From contig JANNHK010000232.1 in assembly GCA_031404355.1 (NCBI GenBank), positions 1 to 60,066 on the forward strand: a stretch of DNA of 60,066 bases. Reading direction: 5' to 3'. Below are positions 27,809-37,499 of the stretch, in pieces. The notes under the pieces were generated by a model. The model ran no database searches, was not told the DNA's origin, and worked only from the letters and a program-made list of their open reading frames with translations. Source of the DNA: Actinomycetes bacterium (lineage in GTDB: Bacteria > Actinomycetota > Acidimicrobiia > IMCC26256 > PALSA-610). How positions within the stretch are numbered: the stretch's first letter is position 1; each line of letters starts with the position of its first letter. The position numbers and the translations under genes were made by a program.

Positions 27809-29413
27809 GTGTGGCCGGGTAAGCATGCGCAAGAGCGCCCCGACAAGATCGCATACATCTTCTCCGGCTCCGGCGCGTCCGCGACGTATCGCGAGCTGAA
27901 CGACCGATCGAACCAGGTCGCGCAGCTGTTCTACGACGCGGGCCTTCGCTTCGGCGACCACATCGCGCTGTTGATGGAGAACCGGCCCGAGTACTTCGAG
28001 GTCTGCTGGGCCGCGCAGCGCTCGGGTTTGCTCTACACGGCGATCAACCACCACTTCACCGTAGACGAAGCGGCGTACATCATCGACGACTGCGACGCGC
28101 AGGTGCTCGTCATCAGTGAGGCGTACCGAGCCTTGGCCGAGGAACTCACCGACAAGATGCCGAACGTCAAAGTCCGCCTGTTGGTGGGCGACCAGCTCGT
28201 CGGCCGTGCGGACGCAGCGGAGCCACGGACGGCGCAGCGAGGGAGCCATGTAAGCGGCTACGAGCGCTACACCGACGCACGCGACCGGTACCCAGCCGTT
28301 CCGCTCGCCGAGGAACTCGAAGGCACGCCGATGCTGTACTCGTCGGGCACGACGGGGCGGCCCAAGGGCATTCGCTACAACATCCAGCGCACGAAGGTCG
28401 GCGACATGCCCGGCCAGATGATGATGCTCACTGCGTTGTTCGGCATGGACGAGCACGCCGTGTACCTGTCGCCCGCGCCGCTGTACCACTCGGCGCCGCT
28501 GTTCTATTGCATGAGCACCATGCGCCTGGGCGGCACCGTCATCGTGCTCGAACAGTTCGACCCCGAGGACGCGCTGCGGGTCATCGAGCAGCGCCGCGTG
28601 ACGCACAGCCAGTGGGTGCCGACGATGTTCGTGCGCATGCTGAAGCTGCCCGATGCAGTGCGGTCGAAGTACGACCTGTCGTCGCACCGGTGCGCCATCC
28701 ACGCCGCGGCACCGTGCCCCACCGAAGTGAAGCTGCGGATGATCGAGTGGTGGGGCCCGATCATCGAGGAGTACTACTCGGCCACCGAAGGCATGGGCGC
28801 GACGTACATCAACAGCGCCGACTACGTGACCCATCCCGGTTCGGTCGGCCGCACGATGCTCGCACCGATCCACATCGTCGACGAAGCGGGCAACGAGTTG
28901 CCGACGGGCGAGATCGGCACGGTGTACTTCGAACCCGCGACGGACCGTCCGGGTTTCCAGTACCACAAGGACGAAGCGAAGACGCGTGACACGTTCGACG
29001 CGCACGGGTGGGCGAGCGTCGGCGACATGGGGTACCTCGACGACGACGGCTACCTGTACCTCACCGATCGCAAGACGTTCATGATCGTGTCGGGTGGCGT
29101 GAACATCTACCCGCAGGAAGCGGAGAACGTGCTCGTGACACACCCGAAGGTGTTCGACGTCGCGGTGTTCGGCATTCCCGACCCCGAGATGGGCGAGAAG
29201 GTGCACGCGGTCGTGCAGCCCACCGACTGGGACGCGGTCGGCCCCGAACTCGAACGCGAGTTACTCGAGCACTGCCGCTCGCAGCTCGCGCACTACAAGT
29301 GCCCGAAGGCGGTCGACTTCGACAAGGAGTTGCCCCGCCAGCCGACCGGCAAGCTGTACAAGCGGCTGCTGCGCGACCGCTACTGGGGCAACAAGACCAG
29401 CCGGATCGTCTGA
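27809..29413 (+). CDS. Acyl-CoA synthetase (AMP-binding)
   Basis: YSSGTTGRPKG, YSATE, GDMGY, SGGVNIYPQE, TGKLYK; start GTG 27809. Confidence 0.92.
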   Translation: MWPGKHAQERPDKIAYIFSGSGASATYRELNDRSNQVAQLFYDAGLRFGDHIALLMENRPEYFEVCWAAQRSGLLYTAINHHFTVDEAAYIIDDCDAQVLVISEAYRALAEELTDKMPNVKVRLLVGDQLVGRADAAEPRTAQRGSHVSGYERYTDARDRYPAVPLAEELEGTPMLYSSGTTGRPKGIRYNIQRTKVGDMPGQMMMLTALFGMDEHAVYLSPAPLYHSAPLFYCMSTMRLGGTVIVLEQFDPEDALRVIEQRRVTHSQWVPTMFVRMLKLPDAVRSKYDLSSHRCAIHAAAPCPTEVKLRMIEWWGPIIEEYYSATEGMGATYINSADYVTHPGSVGRTMLAPIHIVDEAGNELPTGEIGTVYFEPATDRPGFQYHKDEAKTRDTFDAHGWASVGDMGYLDDDGYLYLTDRKTFMIVSGGVNIYPQEAENVLVTHPKVFDVAVFGIPDPEMGEKVHAVVQPTDWDAVGPELERELLEHCRSQLAHYKCPKAVDFDKELPRQPTGKLYKRLLRDRYWGNKTSRIV

Positions 29414-29418
29414 AAGAC

Positions 29419-30114
29419 ATGGAGCCAGTCGCTTCGGGACGCGACTGCGAGATGTTCGACGCCGGTCCCGGCCGGTTGCTGCGCCGGGCGCGCAACCGCC
29501 GTTCGATCGAACCCGAGGCGCGCATCATCACCTACTTGCACGAGCGCGGGTACCCGGTTCCCGAGATCTACGACGTCAGCGCCGACGGCACCGAAGTCGT
29601 GATGGAGCGCGTCGACGGTCCGAACATGGGCGACGCGCTGATGAGGAGGCCGTGGAAGTTGAAGGCGTACGCGAACCGGCTCGCCGACCTGCACGACGAT
29701 TTGCACACGATTCCCGTTCCGCCCTGGCCCGACTTCCGTTCGATGGGCGACGGCAACCACCTCCTGCATCTCGACTTCCACCCGCTGAACGTGGTCATGG
29801 GACCGCAAGGTCCGGTCGTCGTCGACTGGACGAACGCGGCGGCGGGGAATCCGTTGCTCGACGCGGCCGTGACCTACGTCCTGCTGACCTGCCCGCGACT
29901 CTCCGAGTCGGCGTGGGTCAACCGGGCCGTCCAGCCCGGGCGCACCCTGCTCGGGCGCGCCTTCGCCACGCGGTACCGCGGGCCGGCGTTCGACGAGCAA
30001 CTCGCCCGCGCGGGTGATCTCAAGGCACTCGATACGAATCTGGCGTCCGACGAGGCAAGTGCCTGCCGGCGCGTGTCCGAGCAGGCCCGGCGGCGGATCG
30101 CGGCGGCGGGATGA
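29419..30114 (+). CDS. APH-like phosphotransferase
   Basis: MERVDGP, HLDFHPLNV, VVDWTNA; start ATG 29419. Confidence 0.8.
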   Translation: MEPVASGRDCEMFDAGPGRLLRRARNRRSIEPEARIITYLHERGYPVPEIYDVSADGTEVVMERVDGPNMGDALMRRPWKLKAYANRLADLHDDLHTIPVPPWPDFRSMGDGNHLLHLDFHPLNVVMGPQGPVVVDWTNAAAGNPLLDAAVTYVLLTCPRLSESAWVNRAVQPGRTLLGRAFATRYRGPAFDEQLARAGDLKALDTNLASDEASACRRVSEQARRRIAAAG

Positions 30115-30257
30115 CGGTTCCCCCCGGTCCCGTCATCCCGTGCCTTGGCTTGTTGCACTGGGCAACAGCGCCGGCGCGGTAACCCCGCCTCCGTCGCAGA
30201 GCAGCAAGCTAGGCCGGGACATCGTCCCTGGTCAACGCACCCAGTACGGTCGAGACC

Positions 30258-30779
30258 ATGAGCGACCGCACCACGCTGGCCACACGGATCTACGCCGCGG
30301 CCCACCTCACGGGCACGTTCACCCTCCGCTCGGGTGCGGTCAGCACGGAGTATTTCGACAAATACCTCTTCGAGGCGGATCCGGAACTACTGCGCGACAT
30401 CGCCGAGGCGATGGCACCGCTCGTGCCGCCGGACTGTGCCGCGCTGGCCGGCCTCGAGCTGGGAGGCGTGCCCCTGGCGACGATGTTGTCGCAGGTCAGC
30501 GGCCTGCCGGCCCGGTTTGTGCGCAAAGCAGCGAAGACCTACGGCACCTGCCGCCTCGCCGAGGGCGGCGAACTCGCCGGTCTACGCCTCTGCATCGTCG
30601 AAGACGTCGTGACCTCGGGTGGCGCCATCCTCGACGCGGCCCGCGAACTGCGGGCGAGTGGTGCCGATCTCGGCCCGGTCGTGTGTGTCATCGACCGCGA
30701 ATCCGGGGGTCGCGAGAAGCTCGCCGCCGTCGGTCTCGAACTTTTTCCCCTTTTCACGATGAGCGAACTGAACCCCTAA
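30258..30779 (+). CDS. pyrE: Orotate phosphoribosyltransferase
   Basis: FTLRSG...YFDKY, RKAAKTYGT, VEDVVTSGG PRPP motif. Confidence 0.88.
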   Translation: MSDRTTLATRIYAAAHLTGTFTLRSGAVSTEYFDKYLFEADPELLRDIAEAMAPLVPPDCAALAGLELGGVPLATMLSQVSGLPARFVRKAAKTYGTCRLAEGGELAGLRLCIVEDVVTSGGAILDAARELRASGADLGPVVCVIDRESGGREKLAAVGLELFPLFTMSELNP

Positions 30780-31048
30780 CCCTGGGCGGGGCCGTCGGGC
30801 GAGGCGGTGCATTCCTCGAAGATGACCGAGAATTCGTCGCGCTCGTCGGCACCGGGCCGTTCCCGGGCGCCGAGCCGTTCGATCGAGATGCGCCGGTTCA
30901 TCTCGCGCACGACGCAGTTGGCCTGCCCGCGGCTCAGGCCCGCCTCGACGAGGTCGTCGCGCGTCGATTCGGACTCATAGTTCTCCTGCGCGCACGCACC
31001 CAAGAGGAGTGCGGCGCAGGCGATGGCCACGACGGCTCGGACCCGCAC
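30776..31048 (-). CDS. Small lipoprotein
   Basis: Lipobox LGAC; TACCGT -10 just upstream of GTG 31048. Confidence 0.6.
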   Translation of the reverse strand: MRVRAVVAIACAALLLGACAQENYESESTRDDLVEAGLSRGQANCVVREMNRRISIERLGARERPGADERDEFSVIFEECTASPDGPAQG

Positions 31049-31094
31049 CCGGCCCACGGTAGGCGAGCGGTTCGCCGGGCCTAGGGTCGGGGCT

Positions 31095-31661
31095 ATGACA
31101 CAGACGCCCCCCACCGAGCATGCGCTCCCCGAGGGGAAACGCAACGCGAAGTCGGTCGTACTGGTCAACACCGGCGACGGCAAAGGAAAATCGACCGCGG
31201 CATTCGGCGTCATCATCCGGGCCGTCGCGCGCGGGTGGAAGGTCGCGGTCGTGCAATTCCTGAAGTCGGGTGAGTGGCACGTCGGCGAGGAGACGGTGGC
31301 CAAACAACTCGGGGTCGAGTGGTGGGCGCTCGGCGAGGGCTTCACCTGGGACTCGAAGGATCTGACCGAGGACGAAGCCGTCGCCCGGACCGCGTGGGCG
31401 CAGGCGAAAGCGCTGATCCAAAGTGACGAGTACCAACTCGTCGTGCTCGACGAGATCACGTACCCGATGAACTGGGGCTGGATCGACACCGCCGACGTCG
31501 TCGCGACGATCCGCGACCGGCCCGAGGCCGTCAACGTCATCGCGACCGGGCGCGACGCCCCGGAAGCGCTCGTCGACGGGGCCGACACCGTCACCGAGAT
31601 GCGCAAGGTGAAGCACGCCTACGACTCGGGCATCGTGGCCAAAAAGGGCATCGACTACTGA
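31095..31661 (+). CDS. cobO: Cob(I)alamin adenosyltransferase (CobA/CobO/BtuR)
   Basis: TGDGKGKSTAAFG, QFLKS, LDEI, TGR, KGIDY. Confidence 0.92.
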   Translation: MTQTPPTEHALPEGKRNAKSVVLVNTGDGKGKSTAAFGVIIRAVARGWKVAVVQFLKSGEWHVGEETVAKQLGVEWWALGEGFTWDSKDLTEDEAVARTAWAQAKALIQSDEYQLVVLDEITYPMNWGWIDTADVVATIRDRPEAVNVIATGRDAPEALVDGADTVTEMRKVKHAYDSGIVAKKGIDY

Positions 31662-31689
31662 GCGGGTCGGGGCCTGCCGATCAGGACCC

Positions 31690-32445
31690 ATGTCGTTGCT
31701 GATCGTCGGGTCCGTCGCCATCGCGCTGGCCGCCGCCGTGCGCTCGACGTGGTCGCCGTGTGGTCTCTCGATGTTGTCGACTGTCACCCCGGTTGCCGAA
31801 CGCGCCCGCGGGCACCGCTACGGCGCGACCGCGACATGGTTCGTGGTCGGTGCGACCCTCGGCGGCGCGACGCTCGCGGCCGGTGCCGCGCTACTCGCGG
31901 GACTCGCCGACGCGTTCGACGTTTCCGAGTCGGCGGCGCTCACCATCGCGGCGGTGACCGCCGCACTCGCGACCGCTTCCGATCTCCGCGTGCTCGGCTT
32001 CCACCTGCCGTTGCACACGCGCCAGGTGAACGAGGAGTGGCTGGCCAAGTTCCGGCCGTGGGTCTACGGAGCCGGGTTCGGCGGGCAGATCGGTGTCGGC
32101 TTTGCCACGTACATCATGACCGGCGGCATCTACCTCATGGTCGTGCTCGCCGCGCTCACCCGCGACCCCGTGGTCGCGTTCGCAGTCGTCACCGGCTTCG
32201 GGTTCGTGCGTGGTCTCGCCGTGTTCTTGAGCGCGCGACTCGACACGCCGGCGAAAGTGTTCGCGTTCCACCGCCGGTTCGACGCGATCGGCCCGTGGAC
32301 GCGCGTCGCGATGATCGCCGTCGAAGGCGCGGTCATGGGTGTGGCGACGGTGGCCGTCGCGGGCCCGCCGGCACTCGTTCCGCTCGCACTCATCACCGCA
32401 GCCGCCGTTTCCGTCTCGCACGAACGGGTTCCTGCCGCCGCCTGA
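31690..32445 (+). CDS. Multi-pass membrane protein, MauF/DsbD-like
   Basis: TWSPCGLSM motif, RQVNE, several hydrophobic helices. Confidence 0.55.
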   Translation: MSLLIVGSVAIALAAAVRSTWSPCGLSMLSTVTPVAERARGHRYGATATWFVVGATLGGATLAAGAALLAGLADAFDVSESAALTIAAVTAALATASDLRVLGFHLPLHTRQVNEEWLAKFRPWVYGAGFGGQIGVGFATYIMTGGIYLMVVLAALTRDPVVAFAVVTGFGFVRGLAVFLSARLDTPAKVFAFHRRFDAIGPWTRVAMIAVEGAVMGVATVAVAGPPALVPLALITAAAVSVSHERVPAAA

Positions 32446-32479
32446 GCCGACGGCGCGAAATACTCGTAGTCTCCGCCGC

Positions 32480-33445
32480 ATGGCGAAAGCGGCGGTGTAC
32501 TACGAGACGGGCGCACCCGATGTGTTCCGGTATGAGGACGTGCCCGAACCGGAAGTGTTCCCGGGCGGGGTCGTTCTCGACGTCGAGGCGATCAGCATCG
32601 AGGGCGGCGACACGATGAACCGGGCGGGCGGCGAAATGTTGGCGACGCCGCACATCGTCGGTTACCAGTGTGCGGGCACGATCACCGAAGTCGGCGAGGG
32701 CGTGACCGATCGCGACGTCGGGCAACGGGTGGTGACGACGATGATCTCGGGGTCGCACGCGTCGAAGGTGCGCAACCTGGCGATGCTCACGTGGCCCATT
32801 CCCGACGGTGCCGACCTAATCGCGTGCGCGTGCGTGCCTGTTGCGTTCGGCACCGCGCACGACTGCCTGTTCGAGTTCGGTCACCTGCAAAAGGGTGAGG
32901 CCGTGCTGATCCAGGCGGGCGCGGGCGGCGTGGGGATCGCGGCCATCCAGCTCGCGAAACGCGCGGGCGCGACCGTGTTCGCGACCGCGTCGAGCGACGA
33001 GCGGCTCGCCCGGTTGACCGAGTTCGGCATGGACCACGGCATCAACTACTCGCAGCCCGAATGGGTGCAGCAGGTTCGAGAAGGAACCGACGGGCGCGGC
33101 GTCGACCTCGTCGTCGACTCGGTGGGCGGCAAGATCCTCCAGGGCAGCGTGCAGAGCGTGACGTACCGCGGACGCGTCATCACCGTCGGCCACGCGAGCC
33201 GCGACGCCAAGCTGCTCGACATCTCGCCGCTCGGTGCGGGCAACATCTCGCTGACCGGCGTGTTCCTGGGTGCCGAGATGGGAAGCGACCGGGCCCGCAA
33301 CATGATCGGCGACCTTGTGAACGAGGTCGCCGCCGGCGAGCTGCGTGTCGAGGTCGACCGCACATTTCCGCTGAGTGCCGCCGCCGAAGCGCACGCGTAC
33401 ATCGAGAGCCGCCAAGCCGTCGGCCGGGTCGTCCTCGTCCCCTGA
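32480..33445 (+). CDS. Quinone oxidoreductase-like MDR
   Basis: AGAGGVG, GRGVDLVVDSVG, AHAYIESR...GRVVL; start ATG 32480. Confidence 0.88.
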   Translation: MAKAAVYYETGAPDVFRYEDVPEPEVFPGGVVLDVEAISIEGGDTMNRAGGEMLATPHIVGYQCAGTITEVGEGVTDRDVGQRVVTTMISGSHASKVRNLAMLTWPIPDGADLIACACVPVAFGTAHDCLFEFGHLQKGEAVLIQAGAGGVGIAAIQLAKRAGATVFATASSDERLARLTEFGMDHGINYSQPEWVQQVREGTDGRGVDLVVDSVGGKILQGSVQSVTYRGRVITVGHASRDAKLLDISPLGAGNISLTGVFLGAEMGSDRARNMIGDLVNEVAAGELRVEVDRTFPLSAAAEAHAYIESRQAVGRVVLVP

Positions 33446-33455
33446 CCGATATCTC

Positions 33456-33502
33456 AACTTGCGTCACGCCGGTGTCGTGAGGACACCGCAGTGACGCAAG
33501 TT
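33456..33502. repeat. 47-bp palindrome just 3' of tRNA-Leu
   Basis: AACTTGCGTCAC-GC-CGGTGTC-GTGAG-GACACCG-CA-GTGACGCAAGTT. Confidence 0.75.
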
Positions 33503-33512
33503 CGAGGGTTTG

Positions 33513-33596
<84 letters not shown>

Positions 33597-33740
33597 GTGG
33601 GAGGAGAAGGTTACAGGCCTCCTGTGCGGACGCAGGAAGGAGCCCACTTGCCGAAGGCCGCGCGCGACGCCCGAGGGAGCCATAGTCGTGTAACGGGCCG
33701 CCCCTGAACACGGTCCGAGGCGGGTATAACGTCGAACGGA

Positions 33741-34394
33741 ATGGGACTTCAGCGGTTCGAGCACCGGCTCGAGCGGCTCGTGGAAGGGGCCTTCGCGAAG
33801 GCATTTCGCAGTGGCCTCCAGCCGGTCGAGATCGGTCGGCGGCTGGCGCGCGAGCTCGACGCAGGGCGCACGGTCGGCGTGCGGGGAACCGTCGCGCCCA
33901 ACCACTTCGAGGTGACGTTGTCTGCGGACGACTACGCACGGATCGCCGGATTTCACGACACCCTCGTCCACGAACTGCGGGAGTCGGTGCGGGAACACGC
34001 ACGCGACGAGGCCTACACGTTCGTCGGGCCCGTCGAGGTCGCGCTCGCGGTCGACGACGGCCAGAAGCGCGGCAGCCTGCGGGTCACGGCTCAGATCGTC
34101 GCCGCCGTCGGCGGGGCGCTCGGCGCGCTCGTGTTGCCGGACGGGCGGCGGGTGCAGCTCGGTGACAAGCCCGCCCACATCGGGCGGCTCCCCGACTGCA
34201 TCGTCGCGTTATCTGACCCTCAGGTGTCGCGCCACCACGCAGAGATACGACTTGGCGACGGTGGGTACGAGATCTCGGATCTGGGTTCCACCAACGGCAC
34301 GCTCGTGAACGGCATGCTGATCACCACCCACCCGCTGCGGGACGGCGACGTGATCGGTATCGGTTCGGCCACAATTCGCTATGAAGAGTCGTAG
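33741..34394 (+). CDS. fhaA: FhaA (DUF3662 + FHA)
   Basis: FEHRLERLVEG, LQPVEI, GR...SRHHA...STNGT. Confidence 0.9.
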   Translation: MGLQRFEHRLERLVEGAFAKAFRSGLQPVEIGRRLARELDAGRTVGVRGTVAPNHFEVTLSADDYARIAGFHDTLVHELRESVREHARDEAYTFVGPVEVALAVDDGQKRGSLRVTAQIVAAVGGALGALVLPDGRRVQLGDKPAHIGRLPDCIVALSDPQVSRHHAEIRLGDGGYEISDLGSTNGTLVNGMLITTHPLRDGDVIGIGSATIRYEES

Positions 34395-34490
34395 GCGGAG
34401 GCACGGATCATGACCCGAGGTCGTGTTGCGATGAAGTGCCGGAGCCGGAGACGACCCGTCAAGTACGAACAGTCGTAGGGCAACCACACG

Positions 34491-34946
34491 ATGTCGGAAC
34501 AGGTTCTGACCATCCTGAAATTCTGTCTGCTCGCGTTGGTGTATCTGTTCCTCGCGCGCGTTGTCTGGGTCGTGGCGGGCGAGATGCGCGGTACGCCGAC
34601 CGTCGCGGTTGCGCCGACGGCCGCGCCGGCACCAGTGCGCCCGCGCAAGAAGCAGCATTGGCGCATCGTGATCCGCCAACCCGCGGCGAGCGCGGGCACC
34701 GAGTATTGGGTCGAGGGCGACGTCACGATCGGGCGGGGCGCGGGCTGCGCACTCGTCATCCCGGGCGACACGTTCGTGTCGCAGGTGCACGCGCGCGTCT
34801 ACGAGCGCGACGGGCAGCTCTGGGTCGAGGATCTCGGTTCGACGAACGGCACGCTCGTCAACAATCTCTCGTTGGGCGAACCGACGCGGGTGCGCAAGGG
34901 CGACAACTTCCAGATCGGCGAGACGCTGTTCGAGGTCGACGTATGA
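34491..34946 (+). CDS. fhaB: FhaB (N-terminal TM + FHA)
   Basis: TM helix; IGRG...SQVHA...GSTNGT. Confidence 0.85.
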   Translation: MSEQVLTILKFCLLALVYLFLARVVWVVAGEMRGTPTVAVAPTAAPAPVRPRKKQHWRIVIRQPAASAGTEYWVEGDVTIGRGAGCALVIPGDTFVSQVHARVYERDGQLWVEDLGSTNGTLVNNLSLGEPTRVRKGDNFQIGETLFEVDV

Positions 34947-34956
34947 AACCGAGAAC

Positions 34957-36180
34957 ATGAGACTCGCTGCGGGTGCCTTCACACACGAAGGCCAACGTCG
35001 AAACATGAACCAGGACGCGCATGTCATCGACGAGCGCCTCACCCTGTTTGCGATCGCCGACGGCATGGGCGGTCACCAGGCGGGCGACGTCGCGGCCCAG
35101 ACTGCGATCGAAGCGCTGCGGGCGGCGGTGGCCAACGGTCGGCCCATCAACGATGCGATCGTCCTCGCCAACGCGGCGGTGATCGAACGAGCCGCCGGAC
35201 ACTCCGAACTCGCGGGCATGGGCACGACCATGACTGCTGCAATCGTCGCGGGCGGGAGCCGGTTGTTGGTCGGCCACGTCGGCGACTCGCGCGCGTACCT
35301 CATGCACGACGGCGCACTCACCCGGCTCACCGAGGATCACAGCCTGGTCGAGGAGCTGGTGCGCGAAGGGCGGCTCACACCCGAGCAGGCCGAGTCGCAT
35401 CCGCAGCGCTCGATCGTCACGCGTGCGCTCGGAATCGAAGCCGAGGTCGTGGTCGACGTGTACGCGGTCGACGTCGTTGTCGGCGACCGCGTCATCTTGT
35501 GTTCCGACGGGCTGACGACGATGGTGCGCGAACGCGACGTCGAACGCGTCGCGCAGGGCGCCGACGATCCGCAGCGGACTGCGGAGATGCTCGTCGACGA
35601 GGCGAACGAAGCGGGCGGCGAGGACAACATCACGGTCGTCGTGCTCGACGTGCTTGAAGTCGAGGAGGACGCGCCCTTCGACCTGGACTCAGTCGATGCG
35701 GGACCGATCGTGGCCACACCGGTGCCCGTCAGCGCGCCCGACATCCACGACGAACCGGTCGAACCGCCGCGCCCGTCGCGTCATCGCCGGATGCGCGGCA
35801 CCCTGCTCGTCGTGATCCCGGTCGTCGTCATCGTCACGATCGCGGTGGCGGTCACGGGTTGGTACGCGCGCAACTCGTACTTCGTCGGCGTCGACGACGG
35901 CGAGGTCGTGCTCTACCAGGGCGTGCCCGGCGGTGTGTTGGGTTGGAATCCGACGGTCGAGCGGCGCTCCGACGTGGAGGCGGCCGACCTCCCACCTGCG
36001 CAACAACGGGCGGTGCAAGACGGCGTCGCCAAGGGTTCGCAATCGGAGGCCGAGCGTTACCTCGTCGTGATCGAGACGAACGCGACCTCGACGACCACCA
36101 CGACGAGTACGACGACAACGAGCACAACGACAACCACGACGGCCGCCCCGCCGACCACCGTCGCCCTGCCCACGCCGTGA
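34957..36180 (+). CDS. pstP: PP2C Ser/Thr phosphatase PstP
   Basis: ADGMGGH, MGTT, HVGDSRAY, CSDGL, GGEDNIT, TM helix, Thr-rich tail. Confidence 0.92.
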   Translation: MRLAAGAFTHEGQRRNMNQDAHVIDERLTLFAIADGMGGHQAGDVAAQTAIEALRAAVANGRPINDAIVLANAAVIERAAGHSELAGMGTTMTAAIVAGGSRLLVGHVGDSRAYLMHDGALTRLTEDHSLVEELVREGRLTPEQAESHPQRSIVTRALGIEAEVVVDVYAVDVVVGDRVILCSDGLTTMVRERDVERVAQGADDPQRTAEMLVDEANEAGGEDNITVVVLDVLEVEEDAPFDLDSVDAGPIVATPVPVSAPDIHDEPVEPPRPSRHRRMRGTLLVVIPVVVIVTIAVAVTGWYARNSYFVGVDDGEVVLYQGVPGGVLGWNPTVERRSDVEAADLPPAQQRAVQDGVAKGSQSEAERYLVVIETNATSTTTTTSTTTTSTTTTTTAAPPTTVALPTP

Positions 36181-37499
36181 GCGTCTCTATAGCTCAGGTG
36201 CCGGGGACGGCGGTGTTGTTCCGGCGGCGCCGCCGAGCGGAGATGGCGCTCGGCGTCCTCGTCGTGCTGATGACGATCGGCGGCTACTTGCTGGTCGCCC
36301 TCGCCGACGGCCCGGAGATTCCGCCCGACCTGTGGGTGCTGCTCGGCTGGGTGTTCGGCCTGTACGTGGTCGCGCACTTCGCCATTCGCCGGTTCGCGCC
36401 GGGCGCCGACGCGACGCTGCTCCCGCTCGCGGCCGCGTTGAACGGCGTCGGCTTCGTCACGATCTCGCGCCTCGACGAAGAGTTGGGACGGGTCCAGTCG
36501 GTGTGGGTGGCGGTTGGTGTCGCCGCATTCGTCGGCACGCTTGTCGTCGTGCGCGACATCCGCATACTGGCGCGCTACCGGTACACGTTTGCTTTGCTCG
36601 GCATCGGGTTCCTGCTGCTGCCGCTCGTCCCGGGTGTCGGACGCACCATCAACGGCGCCCGCCTGTGGGTGAGCATCGGGCCGCTCAACTTCCAGCCCGG
36701 CGAGATCGCCAAGGTGATGTTGGTGATCTTCATCGCCGCGTACCTCGCCGACAAACGCGAGGTGCTCGCCGCGGGCACGATCCGCCTCGGCCGCATGTAC
36801 CTGCCCGCGCTGCGCGACCTCGGCCCGCTCGCCCTCGCGTGGGGCGTCTCGATTCTCGTCATGGTGAACGAGAAAGACCTCGGTTCCAGCTTGCTGTTCC
36901 TCGGCGTCTTCGCCGCGATGCTCTACGTCGCGACCGGGCGGGGCATGTACGTCGTGTTCGCGCTCGTCTTGTTCACGGTCGGCGCGTGGTTCGCATATCA
37001 GGCGTTCGACCACGTGCAGGTGCGCGTCGAAACGTGGATCAACCCGTGGGACGACCCCGACAACACGGGGTTCCAGATCATCCAGTCGTGGTTCGCGTTC
37101 GGGACGGGCGGATTCGCGGGCACCGGTCTCGGCCTCGGCAACCCCGACAAGATCCCCAACGCGGCAACCGACTTCGTGTTCTCGGCCATCGGCGAGGAAC
37201 TCGGGCTCATCGGCACGCTGGGCGTGCTGCTCATGTTCATCCTGCTGATCGGCACCGCGTTCCGCGTCGCCGTCGACGCCGAGCGCCCGTTCGCGAAGTT
37301 GTTCGCAGCCGGCCTGGCCACGACGATCGCATTGCAGTCGTTCCTCATTCTCGGCGGCGTGACGCGACTCATCCCGTTGACGGGGATCACGTTGCCGTTC
37401 GTGTCGTACGGCGGGTCGTCGCTGGTCGCGAACTTCGTGATCCTCGCCTTTCTGCTGCGCATCTCCGACGACACCGCGCGCGAACGGAGCGTCCCGTGA
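36177..37499 (+). CDS. rodA: RodA/FtsW SEDS protein
   Basis: FQPGEIAK, KDLG, TDFVF...EELG, TGITLPFVSYGGSS; GTGA overlap. Confidence 0.93.
   Translation: MSVSIAQVPGTAVLFRRRRRAEMALGVLVVLMTIGGYLLVALADGPEIPPDLWVLLGWVFGLYVVAHFAIRRFAPGADATLLPLAAALNGVGFVTISRLDEELGRVQSVWVAVGVAAFVGTLVVVRDIRILARYRYTFALLGIGFLLLPLVPGVGRTINGARLWVSIGPLNFQPGEIAKVMLVIFIAAYLADKREVLAAGTIRLGRMYLPALRDLGPLALAWGVSILVMVNEKDLGSSLLFLGVFAAMLYVATGRGMYVVFALVLFTVGAWFAYQAFDHVQVRVETWINPWDDPDNTGFQIIQSWFAFGTGGFAGTGLGLGNPDKIPNAATDFVFSAIGEELGLIGTLGVLLMFILLIGTAFRVAVDAERPFAKLFAAGLATTIALQSFLILGGVTRLIPLTGITLPFVSYGGSSLVANFVILAFLLRISDDTARERSVP

Noticed and set aside
29419-30114. APH-like kinases (also 56632-57522) as aminoglycoside resistance genes
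   Set aside because: Only the generic kinase fold motifs are visible; the substrate cannot be assigned.
36085-36140. ACG/ACC-rich tract, and GACGAC repeats at 49560-49660, as repeat arrays or CRISPR
   Set aside because: Low-complexity Thr and Asp coding linkers with no repeat-spacer structure. No CRISPR array or cas genes were seen in the window.
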